A stretch of DNA of 64,000 bases from Nitrospirota bacterium (GCA_963836175.1 CAWIIS010000008.1:1025862-1089861); one strand, 5' to 3'. Counted from the stretch's first letter, positions 8,307-18,935 are shown. Notes: a model not told the origin generated them from the letters alone. Program-made: numbers and translations.

Positions 8307-10745
8307 TTATCCTTTTTTGGCGTCAAGCGCCGCTTCAACGACCTGATCGATGGTGTCGGCGAAGATAAAGTGCATCTCCTTCCGGAGCTCTTCAGGCACA
8401 TCGTCAAGGTCGTTCTTGTTCTTTTCCGGAAGGATAACGGTCTTGATCCCCGCCCTTCTCGCAGCGAGCACTTTTTCCTTTACCCCGCCGATCGGCATCA
8501 CCTTGCCCCTCAGCGTTATTTCTCCGGTCATGGCCACGTCATGCTTTGCCACTCTGCCGGTGAGCATGGACACGATTGCTGTTGTCATCGTGACGCCTGC
8601 CGACGGCCCGTCTTTTGGTATGGCGCCGGCAGGCACATGGATATGGATATCCGATTTTTCATAGAAATCGCGGTTGATCCCGAAGGTTTCGGCCTGGGAA
8701 CGCACATAGGAAAGTGCGGCTTGTGCTGATTCCTTCATTACATCGCCAAGCTGACCCGTAAGCGTAAGCTGCTTATTCCCCGGCATCATCGTTGCTTCGA
8801 TAAAAAGGATGTCCCCTCCCGTCGGGGTCCAGGCCAGGCCGGTAACCACACCGGGCCGGTCGATCATGACAGCCGTTTCAGCAAAGAACCGCGGGTTGCC
8901 AAGATAATCGTGGAGACTTTGCACGGTTACCTTGATTGGCGTGGGTTTGCCTTCGGCCACTGCTTTGGCCACCTTGCGACAGACGTTTGCGATCTCCCGC
9001 TCCACATTCCTGACCCCGGCCTCGCGGGTGTAGTCCTTGATAATGCTCCTGAGCGCATCCTCTTCGATTACGATCTCTTCCGCATTAAGAGCATTCGCCT
9101 TGACCTCTTTTGGAATGAGATATTTATTTGCGATGTTCAGTTTTTCGTGCTCGGTATACCCGGGCAGGCGAAGCAATTCCATGCGGTCAAGGAGCGGCGC
9201 CGGGATCGTGTCGAGCTGGTTCGCGGTCGTGATGAACATGACCTGGGAGAGATCAAAGGGCACATCAAGATAGTTGTCCCTGAAATCCTTGTTCTGTTCC
9301 GGATCGAGCACTTCGAGAAGCGCTGAAGAAGGGTCGCCGCGCCAGTCCGCTCCGACCTTGTCCACTTCATCGAGCATGATGACCGGGTCTTTGGTCTCCA
9401 CACGCTTGATCGCCTGAATGATGCGGCCGGGCATGGCGCCGATATAGGTGCGCCGGTGTCCGCGGATCTCGGCCTCATCGTGAAGGCCTCCCAGGGACAT
9501 GCGCATGAACTTCCGGTCCAAAGCCCGCGCGATGGACTGGCCCAGAGAGGTTTTGCCGACGCCGGGAGGCCCGACGAAGCAGAGGATGGGCTCCCGCATC
9601 TTGGTGCCTGCCTGCGTGCCCCGGTCCTGTCCCAGTTTTTTGACCGCCAGGTATTCCAGGATCCGGTCCTTTACCTTCTCCAGATCGTAGTGGTCCTCAT
9701 CGAGCGTCGCCCTTGCTTTCAGGATATCTATGGGCGACGATGACGTTTTGCTCCAGGGAAGGCCGGTCATCCATTCAAGGTAGGTGCGAATGACCGAATA
9801 TTCAGGCGAGGACGCGTTGAGCTTTTCCATGCGCGCGAGCTCCCGCTTTGATTCTTTTTCCGCTTCAGGCGTCATCTTCGCTTCTTCGATCTTTTCCCGA
9901 AGGCTTTTTATCTCCGAGCCCTCGTCGCTCTCCTCGCCCAGCTCCTTGCGGATGGCCGAGAGCTGCTGCCGCAGCAGGTACTCGCGTTCAGCTTTCTGCA
10001 TCTGATCGCGGGCCTTTCCCTGGATTTTCTTGCCGAGTTCGAGCACCTCGACCTCACGATTCAGATGCTGCATCAGTTTCGTAAGTTTATCATGGACCGG
10101 GTCGGTTTCGAGGAGTTCCTGCCGCTGCGCCAGGTCCAGCCTGATGTTCGTTGCGATCAGGTATGCAAGCTGACGGGGGTTGTCGATGTTCACGGCAGCG
10201 GCGGAAAGTTCTTCCGGCATGTTCGGCGTGAGCGAAACAAGCTTCTGGAAAGTCTCGGAAAGGCCGCGCATGAGCGCTTCGGTTTCTACGGTGTTGTCAA
10301 TGACGTCCGGCAGCGCCCTGGCCCGTGCCCTGAGATAGGGCTCATTCTGCGTGACATTGAGAATGCTGATGCGTTCGATTCCCTGCACGAGAACCCGGAG
10401 CGTACCATCAGGGATCTTGATCATTTGCAGAATGCGGGCCATCGTTCCGGTCGCATAGACGTCGTCGAGGGTTGCAACCTCGATATCAGCCCTCTTCTGG
10501 GACGTAAGGCCGAGGATCTTGTCTCCTACCGTTACGTCATTGATAAGCTTGATCGATTTTTCTTTGCCGATCACGAGCGGGTACACGGTGAGAGGATAGA
10601 CGACCGTGTCCTTCAGGGGAAGGAGCGGAAGTTCTTCTGGTACGGTTGGCATGGTATTCATATCGGTTTCAGGCTCTATGGCGTCCATGGCATCGCTCCT
10701 GGTCGGTTTAATGAGAAGTTTTTCGAAAATATTTCTAATCTTCAA
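8307..10745 (-). CDS. lon: ATP-dependent Lon protease (endopeptidase La)
   Basis: 812 aa with a Lon N-domain, AAA+ Walker A GPPGVGKTS, and a C-terminal protease domain with PKDGPSAG. The exact start is uncertain because internal Met codons occur near residues 20-30. Confidence 0.95.
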   Translation of the reverse strand: MKIRNIFEKLLIKPTRSDAMDAIEPETDMNTMPTVPEELPLLPLKDTVVYPLTVYPLVIGKEKSIKLINDVTVGDKILGLTSQKRADIEVATLDDVYATGTMARILQMIKIPDGTLRVLVQGIERISILNVTQNEPYLRARARALPDVIDNTVETEALMRGLSETFQKLVSLTPNMPEELSAAAVNIDNPRQLAYLIATNIRLDLAQRQELLETDPVHDKLTKLMQHLNREVEVLELGKKIQGKARDQMQKAEREYLLRQQLSAIRKELGEESDEGSEIKSLREKIEEAKMTPEAEKESKRELARMEKLNASSPEYSVIRTYLEWMTGLPWSKTSSSPIDILKARATLDEDHYDLEKVKDRILEYLAVKKLGQDRGTQAGTKMREPILCFVGPPGVGKTSLGQSIARALDRKFMRMSLGGLHDEAEIRGHRRTYIGAMPGRIIQAIKRVETKDPVIMLDEVDKVGADWRGDPSSALLEVLDPEQNKDFRDNYLDVPFDLSQVMFITTANQLDTIPAPLLDRMELLRLPGYTEHEKLNIANKYLIPKEVKANALNAEEIVIEEDALRSIIKDYTREAGVRNVEREIANVCRKVAKAVAEGKPTPIKVTVQSLHDYLGNPRFFAETAVMIDRPGVVTGLAWTPTGGDILFIEATMMPGNKQLTLTGQLGDVMKESAQAALSYVRSQAETFGINRDFYEKSDIHIHVPAGAIPKDGPSAGVTMTTAIVSMLTGRVAKHDVAMTGEITLRGKVMPIGGVKEKVLAARRAGIKTVILPEKNKNDLDDVPEELRKEMHFIFADTIDQVVEAALDAKKG

Positions 10746-10763
10746 AATATACTCCCCGGTTTT

Positions 10764-11166
10764 TTAAAGTAGTTTTTTGAGTCTGATCTCTAAAAGACCG
10801 TTATGATACTCTGCAGTGACGCTTTCGTGGTCCACCGGGGAGACCAATCCGATTTCCGATCGAAAATTGCCGTACTTGATTCCCAACTGGTGGCAGGAAT
10901 GGGCTTCACGGAATTCGGGCTGGTCCCGCTTGCCCTCAACCACCAGAAGATCGCTGAAAAGCGTGATGGTCATGTCTTCCTCCCTGACACCGGCCAAGTT
11001 CCATGACGACAACAAGGTCGTAGGCGGTTTCGTATACATCGGTTGGCGGCCGCCAGATAATTGCTGATGGCGCAGGCCAGGACCCAAAGGATTCCCAAAC
11101 CACGCTATAGGCATCGAACGGCTGGGATTTTCTTGTATATTTATAGGCGATATAGCGATAGCGCAA
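10764..11166 (-). CDS. Hsp20/alpha-crystallin small heat-shock protein, one frame break near 10990-10997
   Basis: A TTG start has an AGGAGG RBS. WRPPTDVYETAYDLVVVMEL is in one frame and AGVREEDMTITLFSDLLVVEGKR...GLLEIRLKK in the next. Removing one base restores the canonical EL(P/A)GV motif. Confidence 0.8.
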
Positions 11167-11580
11167 TTAACGCTCCTCCTTTTGTCGCCAGGATACTTCA
11201 TTTTCTTGAGTATAACGCGTTTCGTGTCGATTTAAAACTTCAAAATAGTATCAAAATCAAATACCTCTGTCAAAGGATCCTTGAAAAAAGATATTGTGGC
11301 TATAGCAAACCGATCAAAACCAAACCAGACATAAAAATATAATGAGAAAAAAAGTAGCATTATGTACAACAAGATGTATTTTTTTTGATATACTTAATTC
11401 CTAGAGACTAAACTGCACTTCAGGACGAATTATCCGGACAGCTTCAGCACAAGAAAATAATCAGCGTTGATCTATGCTAATACCTCGATATGTTTCAAGT
11501 TTCTACTGCAGTTCGGCCGGCTATTTACCAAGCGATTAAAGATGCATTCTCAACAATTTCTTCACAAGGAGGGGGAATCT

Positions 11581-14500
11581 ATGGCTGTATCGCGACGGGA
11601 TTTTATGAAGATTTCCGGCAGCACTGTTTTGCTCGGGTCTCTTGGTATAAGCCTTGAACCTGCAAAGGCTTATGCGCAAGGCCTGAAGATCAAGGATGCC
11701 AAGGAAACGAAAACGATTTGTCCCTACTGCGCCGTGGGATGCGGCATTATCGTCCACACGAAGGACGGCAAGGTGGTGAACACAGAGGGCGACCCGGATC
11801 ATCCGATAAGCGAGGGCACGCTTTGCTCGAAAGGGTCATCGCTGTATCAGATCATTAACAATCCCCTGCGGTTTACAAAACCCAAGTATCGTGCCCCCGG
11901 TGCAACGGAATTCAAGGAAGTGGAATGGGATTGGGCGCTCGACGAGATCGCCAAGCGGGTCAAAGATACGCGCGACCGGACGTTTAAACTCACGTCAAAA
12001 TCCAAAATAAAAGAAAACAGCCGCTGACGGTACGGAAAGCGACGGTTGAAAAGGACTTTGTTGTAAACCGGACCGACGGCATCGCCCATGTGGGGAGCGC
12101 GGCCCTTGACAACGAAGAGTGTTACATGCTCCAGAAGATGCTTCGGTCCTGGGGCCTGGTCTACATAGAACATCAGGCCCGCATTTGACACTCCGCAACT
12201 GTAGCGGCTCTGGGAGAGTCGTTCGGGCGCGGCGCAATGACCAATCACTGGATCGATGTTAAGAATGCCGATGTTATTCTCGTCATGGGGAGCAACCCGG
12301 CATCGAACCACCCCATTTCCATGAAATGGGTGATGAAGGCAAAGGAAAAAGGCGCGAAACTGATCGTCGTGGACCCCCGTTTCACCCAGACCGCTGCCAA
12401 GGCCGACGTATACGCAGCCATGCGCTCGGGTACGGATATTGCCTTCCTCGGCGGGATGATCAAGTACATCCTCGACAAGAACCTCATTTTCTCCGAATAC
12501 GTGGTCAAATACACCAATGCCCCGTTCCTGTTGAATCCCGATTTCAAGGGTCCGGCTGATTTGAACGGCCTGTATCTCCGGCTACGATGAAAAAACCAGA
12601 AAATACGATAAAAAAACCTGGTCGTTCCAGATGGACGAGAACGGCGTCCCGAAGAAGGATCTCCACACTCAAGGATCCCGAATTGTGTGTACCAGCAAAT
12701 GAAAAAGCATTATTCCCGTTACACCCTCGAAAAGGTCTCAAGCATCACCGGTACGCCAAAGGAAAAACTGGTCGAGGTCTACGAACTCTATGCCTCAACA
12801 GGGAAGCCAAACCGCGTCGGTACCGAACTCTATGCCATGGGCTGGACCCAGCACACCATCGGCACCCAGAACATCCGGGCCATGACCATCATCCAGCTTC
12901 TGCTCGGCAATATGGGCATGGCAGGAGGCGGCATCAATGCCCTGCGCGGCGAGAGCAATGTCCAGGGTTCGACGGACCATGGCCTCCTGTTCCATATTCT
13001 TCCAGGGTATCTGCCGACGCCCACAGCATCGGTCACCGCCCTTCCGGCTTATATCGAAAAGTTCACGCCCAAGACCAAGGAGCCGAAAAGCGTGAATTGG
13101 TGGTCCAACCGGGGAAAGTATATTACGAGCTATCTGAAGGCCATCTACGGGAACAAAGCCCAAAAAGACAATGATTTCGGCTATGCCTGGCTGCCGAAAA
13201 CCGACGAAGGCATGAACGCTTCGTGGCTTATGCTGTTCGATAAAATGAACGACGGCCAGTTCGAAGGGTTCTTTGCCTGGGGTCAGAACCCCGCCTGTTC
13301 CGGCGCAAATTCGAACAAGACCAGAGCTGCCCTTGCCAAACTCAAGTGGATGGTAAACATCAACCTCTTTGACAACGAGACCGGGTCGTTCTGGAAAGGT
13401 CCGGGCATGAATCCCAAGGACATCCAGACCGAGGTGTTCCTGCTTCCCGCCTCCTCATCCGTTGAAAAAGAAGGCAGTCTTTCGAATTCCGGCAGGTGGG
13501 CCCAGTGGCGGTACAAGGCCATTGAGCCGATTGGCGAGTCCAAACCGGACTCGGAGATCATGAATGAACTTTACTTCAGGGTAAAGAGCTTGTACCAGAA
13601 ACAGGGCGGAAAATTCCCTGAACCGATTGTGAACCTGACCTGGAACTATGGGGAAAAGGACGCAAAGGGCAAGGTCAAGGAAGTCAACATTCATAATGTT
13701 GCCAAGGAGATCAACGGCTATTACCTCGAAGATGTGTATGACAAAACAGCGACCCCCCCAAAGCTTCTCGGCAAGAAAGGTGAACTCTGCGCTTCATTCG
13801 TCCATTTGCAGGCTGACGGCTCCACTTCCTGTGGGTGCTGGATCTACTCTCAAAGCTACACTCAGAAAGACGGAAAGATCAAAAACATGATGGCGAGAAC
13901 GGGCAAAACCGATCCCACGGGTCTCGGTTTATACCCTGAATGGGCCTGGGCCTGGCCGGTCAACAGGCGGATCATTTACAACCGCGCTTCCGTTGACCCC
14001 AACGGCAAACCCTGGGACCCGAAGCGTGCAGTCGTCAAATGGGACGCGGTCAAAGTGGATCCGGCAAGCAAGAAGCCGGGGATGTGGGTGGGAGATGTGC
14101 CCGACGGCCCGGCCCCGCCCATGGCCACGGAAAAAGGCAAGCTGCCCTTTATCATGATGGCAACCGGCGTCGGCGCCCTTTTCGGTCCGGGACTTGCCGA
14201 CGGCCCCTTCCCCGAGCACTATGAAGCTCTTGAGTGTCCGCTCGAGGAAAACTCAATGTCCAAGCAGCGGATCAATCCCACCATAAAGATCTTTGGCGAC
14301 AAGGAGGACGCTTACTTCTCCTGCGATACGCGGTATCCCTTCGTGGCAACAACCTATCGGATATCCGAGCACTGGCAGACCGGTGTCATGACAAGGCATG
14401 CCCCATGGCAGCTTGAAATGCAGCCGCAACAGTTTGTGGAGTTGAGCGAAGAGCTGGCAAAAGAAAAGAACATCGGGAATGGAGACAAGGTGATGGTGAA

Positions 14501-14732
14501 GTCCGGCCGCGGCGAGATCTGGGCAATTGCCATGGTCACGAACCGGTTTAAACCCTTCAAAGTAGCCGGATCGACCGTCCACCAGGTAGGGCTCCCCTGG
14601 TGCTTCGGCTGGCAGTATCCCGAGGGCGGCGGAGGCGGCGACAGCGCGAACCTGTTGACGCCGACCGTCGGTGATGCCAATACCATGATACCCGAATCCA
14701 AGGCCTTTATGGTCAACATCGTGAAGGCATAG
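11581..14732 (+). CDS. fdnG: Formate dehydrogenase alpha subunit (FdnG-type, Tat signal, selenocysteine), 4 frame breaks
   Basis: Tat motif SRRDFMK and the CPYCAVGCG Fe-S motif are present. An in-frame TGA at 12186-12188 sits in the conserved HQARI-U-HSATV context. Frame breaks lie near 12018-12027, 12576-12580, 12661-12665 and 12677-12683. Confidence 0.9.
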
Positions 14733-14742
14733 GGGGACGATT

Positions 14743-15507
14743 ATGACGACAAAACCTAATAGAAAAGCATTGCTCGTTTCTCCGGAGCTCTGTATCGGGT
14801 GCAGGGGTTGCCAGACCGCGTGCAAGAGCTGGAACGAATTACCGGGCCGGAAAACGACGAATAGGGGAACGATGCAGAATCCTCCTGACATATCGGCCAC
14901 GGCATACAATATCATTCGCTTCAGCGAGGTGCCGTCCCAGACCAACGCAGTACGCTGGCTCTTTGTCAGCCGCAGATGCATGCACTGCGACGATGCGGGA
15001 TGCATGAAAATCTGCCCAGCTCCTGGTGCACTCTACAAAACCGAGCAAGGTGCTGTGGCCTTTGATAAGGACAAGTGCATCGGGTGCAAACTCTGTGTCG
15101 CCGGATGTCCATTCGATGTGCCCCGGTACGATGAGCAGAACAAAATCGGCAAATGCGATCTTTGCGCTAGCCGGATAGCCGAAGGTTTATCCCCTGCCTG
15201 CACAAAGACCTGCCCCACTGGAGCGCTTAAGTTCGGGAACCGCGATGAATTGATAGCAGATGCCAAAAAAGCGGGCTATGGCAAAGTCTACGGCGAAATG
15301 GACCTGAGTGGCCTGGGCACGCTCTATGCGTTCAAAGATGCACCGAAAATCTACGGCATGAACGAGAGCCCGGCAATTCCGGAAAGCGTCATTTTCTGGC
15401 ATAACGTGCTCAAGCCCCTTGCTGTCGTTGGTCTTGGCGGAGTCGTAGCCGGCGCCCTGATCCACTATGCCGTGATCGGACCGCATAAAGATGAGGAGGT
15501 GAAATAA
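14743..15507 (+). CDS. fdnH: Formate dehydrogenase beta subunit (4x[4Fe-4S], C-terminal membrane anchor)
   Basis: Multiple CxxCxxCxxxC(P) motifs (CIGCRGCQTAC, CMHCDDAGCMKICP, CIGCKLCVAGCP) and a C-terminal hydrophobic helix. Confidence 0.9.
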   Translation: MTTKPNRKALLVSPELCIGCRGCQTACKSWNELPGRKTTNRGTMQNPPDISATAYNIIRFSEVPSQTNAVRWLFVSRRCMHCDDAGCMKICPAPGALYKTEQGAVAFDKDKCIGCKLCVAGCPFDVPRYDEQNKIGKCDLCASRIAEGLSPACTKTCPTGALKFGNRDELIADAKKAGYGKVYGEMDLSGLGTLYAFKDAPKIYGMNESPAIPESVIFWHNVLKPLAVVGLGGVVAGALIHYAVIGPHKDEEVK

Positions 15508-15508
15508 C

Positions 15509-16117
15509 ATGGCTGAAATGGTGAAAAAAGCAACTACGGAAGAGATCATCAATCATTGGATACTGGCGGTCAGCTGTATCCTGTTGATTATCACAGGCTA
15601 TGCTTTTCTTTTCAAACTCACGCAGATAGGCGCGGTATTCGGCGGGTTCAATGGAATGAGGGTTGTGCACAACTGGGCCGGCGTAATATTCACCGTGTCC
15701 CTGTTCGCGACGCTGTTCAACTATCTCCATGAGTCATTGACCTTTGACGCTGACGATTGGGCGTGGATCAAGATGGGCGGAGGCTATTTGTCGAGAAGCG
15801 CGAAAAAGGCCCCGCCCATGGGGAAGATGAATACCGGCCAGAAGTTCTATTACCTCGCGATCCTGGCCGCGGGAATCGCGATAGCAGCCTCCGGGTTCGC
15901 CATCTGGCTCGTGTCCGGCATCAGGTCACTCACGATCGTATCGCACCTGTTGCATAATCTGGCGTTCATACTGTTCGTCGTTGCCGTACCCACCCATGCC
16001 TATTTGGGCACCCTGGCGAATCCAGGCACGTTCCGGATCATGGTCTATGGCACGGTACCGATCGAGTTCGCACGGAAGAAGTACCCGAAATGGATGAAGG
16101 AGATCGGAAAGATGTAA
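15509..16117 (+). CDS. fdnI: Formate dehydrogenase gamma subunit (cytochrome b)
   Basis: 202 aa with 4 TM helices carrying conserved His residues, immediately after fdnH. Confidence 0.85.
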   Translation: MAEMVKKATTEEIINHWILAVSCILLIITGYAFLFKLTQIGAVFGGFNGMRVVHNWAGVIFTVSLFATLFNYLHESLTFDADDWAWIKMGGGYLSRSAKKAPPMGKMNTGQKFYYLAILAAGIAIAASGFAIWLVSGIRSLTIVSHLLHNLAFILFVVAVPTHAYLGTLANPGTFRIMVYGTVPIEFARKKYPKWMKEIGKM

Positions 16118-16152
16118 CAAGTTCCTTTTTTCGTGCTCAGTAAGATTAATAG

Positions 16153-16188
16153 AAAGACCCGCTTTCAGTTTCCCGAAAGCGGGTCTTT
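16153..16188. terminator. Stem-loop terminator between convergent fdnI and htpX
   Basis: A 14-bp stem AAAGACCCGCTTTC/GAAAGCGGGTCTTT with an 8-nt loop, followed by AGTTTT on the plus strand. Confidence 0.7.
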
Positions 16189-16196
16189 AGTTTTCA

Positions 16197-16230
16197 ATTC
16201 CGCATTCCGCAATCCGAATTCCGAAATGCG
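16197..16230. repeat. Tandem heptanucleotide array (ATTCCGC ATTCCGC AATCCGA ATTCCGA AATGCG)
   Basis: The 7-bp periodicity was read directly from the sequence. It ends 2 nt before the htpX stop codon. Confidence 0.8.
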
Positions 16231-16231
16231 T

Positions 16232-17101
16232 TTACGACCTTCCTCTTGCCAGATCATTCAGGCGCTGCACCCGCTCTTCGATGGGAGGGTGGGTGCTGAA
16301 AAGCTTCATCAATCCCCCACCCGTCAGCGGATTCACGATAAACATATGTGCTGTGGCTGGTTTGGCGTCCGTCATGGGTATCATCTGTGAACCTTTTTCC
16401 AGCTTCAGGAGCGCGTTTGAAAGTCCTGTGGGGCTTCCCGCAATGCCTGCGCCGCCTTTGTCCGCCTCGAACTCCCGAGAGCGGGAAATTGCCATCTGCA
16501 CCAGCATGGCTGCGATGGGAGCAACGATCATCATGATGATCGCCACGATCGGATTCCCTCCCTCGTCATCATCGCTCCTGTGCCCCCCGCCGAAGATCAT
16601 AGACCACTGCGCCATCTGGGCAAGCATGCTGATCGCGCCGGCAATGGTCGCCACCATGGTGCCGGTCAGCATATCGCGGTGTTTGATATGCGCCAGCTCG
16701 TGTGCGATGACGCCGGTCAACTCCTCGCGGGAAAGGATGCGCATAATGCCCTGCGTAACCGCCACGACCGCATGTTCCGGGTTGCGTCCTGTGGCAAAGG
16801 CGTTGGGCGTTTCGTCAGGAATGATGTATACCGTGGGCATGGGCATTCCCGCCTTCTGCACCAGGTTGCGCACCATGGAATAGAGCTCAGGCGCTTCTGC
16901 TTCGGTCACGGGCCGGGCCTTATACATTCTGAGGACTATTTTATCGCTGAACCAGTACATCCCCACGTTCGTGATGGTGGCGAACAGAAGCGCCATGATC
17001 ATGCCGCTTCTCCCCCCCAGTGCTCCGCCGATCGCAACGAACAGTACCACGAGGAACGTCATTAAACCTACTGTCTTTACCGTGTTCATAAACTCCGTCA
17101 A
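16232..17101 (-). CDS. htpX: Zinc metalloprotease HtpX (M48)
   Basis: [10 protein letters not shown] zinc motif, four TM segments and an HtpX-like N-terminus. Confidence 0.93.
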   Translation of the reverse strand: MTEFMNTVKTVGLMTFLVVLFVAIGGALGGRSGMIMALLFATITNVGMYWFSDKIVLRMYKARPVTEAEAPELYSMVRNLVQKAGMPMPTVYIIPDETPNAFATGRNPEHAVVAVTQGIMRILSREELTGVIAHELAHIKHRDMLTGTMVATIAGAISMLAQMAQWSMIFGGGHRSDDDEGGNPIVAIIMMIVAPIAAMLVQMAISRSREFEADKGGAGIAGSPTGLSNALLKLEKGSQMIPMTDAKPATAHMFIVNPLTGGGLMKLFSTHPPIEERVQRLNDLARGRS

Positions 17102-17187
17102 CCTCCGTTAAAATGATCGTTTGACTTCTACTATGAAATTACCACAGTAGCCCCCCTTCGTCAATATAAAGGAAAATACTTTTCTAT

Positions 17188-18596
17188 GTGCTCCCAAAAT
17201 GATAATGTCCTATTCTGCCAAAGTAGAAATGTCCTATTCTAAGTTACAATACCCTGACGTTATTGGAGGGTACTGTGACGGACAAGGACATGATAACAAT
17301 GAGCAGAAGAGAGACAAAAAGACTGCACATTATCCACCAGGCGTTGGATAGACGGATTACGCAGAAGACGGCTGCTGAACTCATAGGCTTGAGCAGCAGG
17401 CAGATTAGGCGGATACTTAAGCGAGTACGGAAGGAGGGAGACGATGGCATTAGCCATCGTTCTCGCGGCAAAGCCTCGAATCGTCGCTTCCCTCAGAAGG
17501 TCAAAGACAAAACACTCAAGTTGTATCGGGAGAAATACGGTGATTTTGGCCCGACCTTTGCCTGCGAGAAGCTTCTTGATGTTCATGAAATCAAGCTTAG
17601 CGACGAAACCCTTCGTCTATGGCTTAATCAGGAAAGCATCCCCTATGAGAAGCGGAAGGGTCGAAAGCACCGGCAGTGGCGCGAGAGAAAGCACCATTTC
17701 GGTGAAATGATCCAGATGGATGGCTCCCCTCATGACTGGTTCGAAGGCCGAGGCCCTGAGTGCGTATTAATGGGATATATCGATGATGCCACAGGAACGG
17801 TGTATGGGCGCTTTTATGACTATGAGGGGACCATGCCAGCCATGGACAGCTTCAAGCGGTATATAAAGCGCTACGGCATTCCACAGAGCGTTTATTTGGA
17901 CAAGCACTCAACGTATAAATCCAATGCCAAGCAGAGCATCGAGGATGAGTTGGAAGATAAAAAACCCATGAGCCAGTTTGAACGGAGTCTAACCGAACTC
18001 GGAGTAACGGTCATCCATGCGAATTCACCCCAGGCAAAAGGGAGGGTAGAAAGAAGTTTTCGAACACTCCAGGATCGATTGGTTAAAGAGATGAGGCTTG
18101 CCAGGGTAAATAGTGTCGTGCAGGCAAACGAATTCCTGATAAAGTATCATCCAATATACAATGCGAAATTCAAGGTAAAACCCGTTTCTGCAGTCGATGT
18201 ACACCAACGCGCGCTATCCATAAGGGAACTCGACAAGATCTTCTGCATTCGAGAGGAGCGTACGCTACGAAACGATTTCACCATAGCTTATAATGGCAAA
18301 CTGTACCAGATCAAAGACGCTATAAAGACTAAAAAGGTCGCGGTGGAAGAACGACTCGATGGATCTCTGCATATCACTCACAGGGGTTTGGAATTAACAT
18401 ACCGGGAGATCAAAACACGGCCAGCAAAAGAAAACCCTAAAACACCGGCAGTCATTAAGAAACCGACAAGTCGGTATCAACCATCAGATCATCCCTGGAA
18501 GAGACTCCGCAGAGCAAACGTACAATTTCCTATTGCTTCTTAAAAAGCGGACATTTCTATCTTGGTAAGAGTAGGACATTTCTACTTTGGGTTGAC
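17188..18596 (+). mobile_element. ISNCY-like insertion sequence (1409 bp) with 18-bp target duplication
   Basis: The direct repeat AGGAAAATACTTTTCTAT occurs at 17170-17187 and 18597-18614. Imperfect terminal IRs are GTGCTCCCAAAATGATAATGTCCTATTC and (reverse complement) GTCAACCCAAAGTAGAAATGTCCTACTC. A second internal copy of TAGGACATTTCTACTTTGG lies near each end. Confidence 0.8.
17263..18543 (+). CDS. ISNCY-type transposase (HTH + integrase/DDE core)
   Basis: 426-aa ORF with an N-terminal HTH (RITQKTAAELIGLSSRQIRRILKR) and an rve-like core (MDGSPHDWF...YLDKHSTYKS). A GTG at 17275 preceded by a GGAGGG RBS is an alternative start. Confidence 0.85.
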   Translation: MEGTVTDKDMITMSRRETKRLHIIHQALDRRITQKTAAELIGLSSRQIRRILKRVRKEGDDGISHRSRGKASNRRFPQKVKDKTLKLYREKYGDFGPTFACEKLLDVHEIKLSDETLRLWLNQESIPYEKRKGRKHRQWRERKHHFGEMIQMDGSPHDWFEGRGPECVLMGYIDDATGTVYGRFYDYEGTMPAMDSFKRYIKRYGIPQSVYLDKHSTYKSNAKQSIEDELEDKKPMSQFERSLTELGVTVIHANSPQAKGRVERSFRTLQDRLVKEMRLARVNSVVQANEFLIKYHPIYNAKFKVKPVSAVDVHQRALSIRELDKIFCIREERTLRNDFTIAYNGKLYQIKDAIKTKKVAVEERLDGSLHITHRGLELTYREIKTRPAKENPKTPAVIKKPTSRYQPSDHPWKRLRRANVQFPIAS

Positions 18597-18613
18597 AGGA
18601 AAATACTTTTCTA

Positions 18614-18642
18614 TTGACAAGGCAAGGTCACTTTGTTATATT
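18614..18642 (+). promoter_or_regulatory. sigma70 promoter of the tRNA-Gly/tRNA-Cys unit
   Basis: TTGACA (18614-18619), a 17-nt spacer, then TATATT (18637-18642), about 28 nt upstream of tRNA-Gly. Confidence 0.7.
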
Positions 18643-18670
18643 TGCCAAGTCAAAACGCAGGAAATCTATT

Positions 18671-18746
18671 GCGGGTGTAGCTCAGCTGGTAGAGCGCGAC
18701 CTTGCCAAGGTTGAGGTCACGGGTTCGAGTCCCGCCACCCGCTCCA
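18671..18746 (+). tRNA. tRNA-Gly (anticodon GCC)
   Basis: Cloverleaf with acceptor GCGGGTG/CACCCGC, anticodon loop TTGCCAA, T-loop TTCGAGT and an encoded CCA. Confidence 0.93.
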
Positions 18747-18760
18747 TTTTTTCTGTTCAG

Positions 18761-18850
18761 AGTGCAGAGTTCGGAGTTCGGAGTTTACCATTCGCATCTC
18801 GTCACTCTCGACTCCTGTCTACATCCTATCTCCCAACTCATAACTCGTAA
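18761..18850. repeat. Two opposed heptanucleotide arrays in the tRNA spacer (AGTGCAG AGTTCGG AGTTCGG AGTTTAC ... CCCAACT CATAACT CGTAACG)
   Basis: The 7-bp units at 18761-18788 and their approximate reverse complement at 18824-18850 could pair as a long imperfect hairpin. Confidence 0.7.
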
Positions 18851-18859
18851 CGTACAAGC

Positions 18860-18935
18860 GGCGGCGTAGCCAAGTGGCTAAGGCAGAGGTCTGCAAAACC
18901 TTCATTCATCGGTTCAAATCCGATCGCCGCCTCCA
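18860..18935 (+). tRNA. tRNA-Cys (anticodon GCA)
   Basis: Acceptor GGCGGCG/CGCCGCC, anticodon loop CTGCAAA, T-loop TTCAAAT and an encoded CCA. Confidence 0.9.

Noticed and set aside
8123-8729. ORFs overlapping the lipA/lon junction on both strands.
   Set aside because: They lie entirely within or antisense to the well-supported lipA and lon genes and have low-complexity composition.
11202-11580. A possible Moco riboswitch or other structured leader upstream of the formate dehydrogenase operon.
   Set aside because: The region is AT-rich and lacks the GC-rich conserved helices expected for the Moco RNA motif. Only an ordinary RBS (AAGGAGGGGG) is evident.
12587-13174. A 195-aa ORF in an alternative frame within fdnG.
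   Set aside because: It is Arg/His/Pro-rich. The FdnG sequence continues in the frame of 12687-14732. Only its first ~30 codons reflect a shifted genuine segment.
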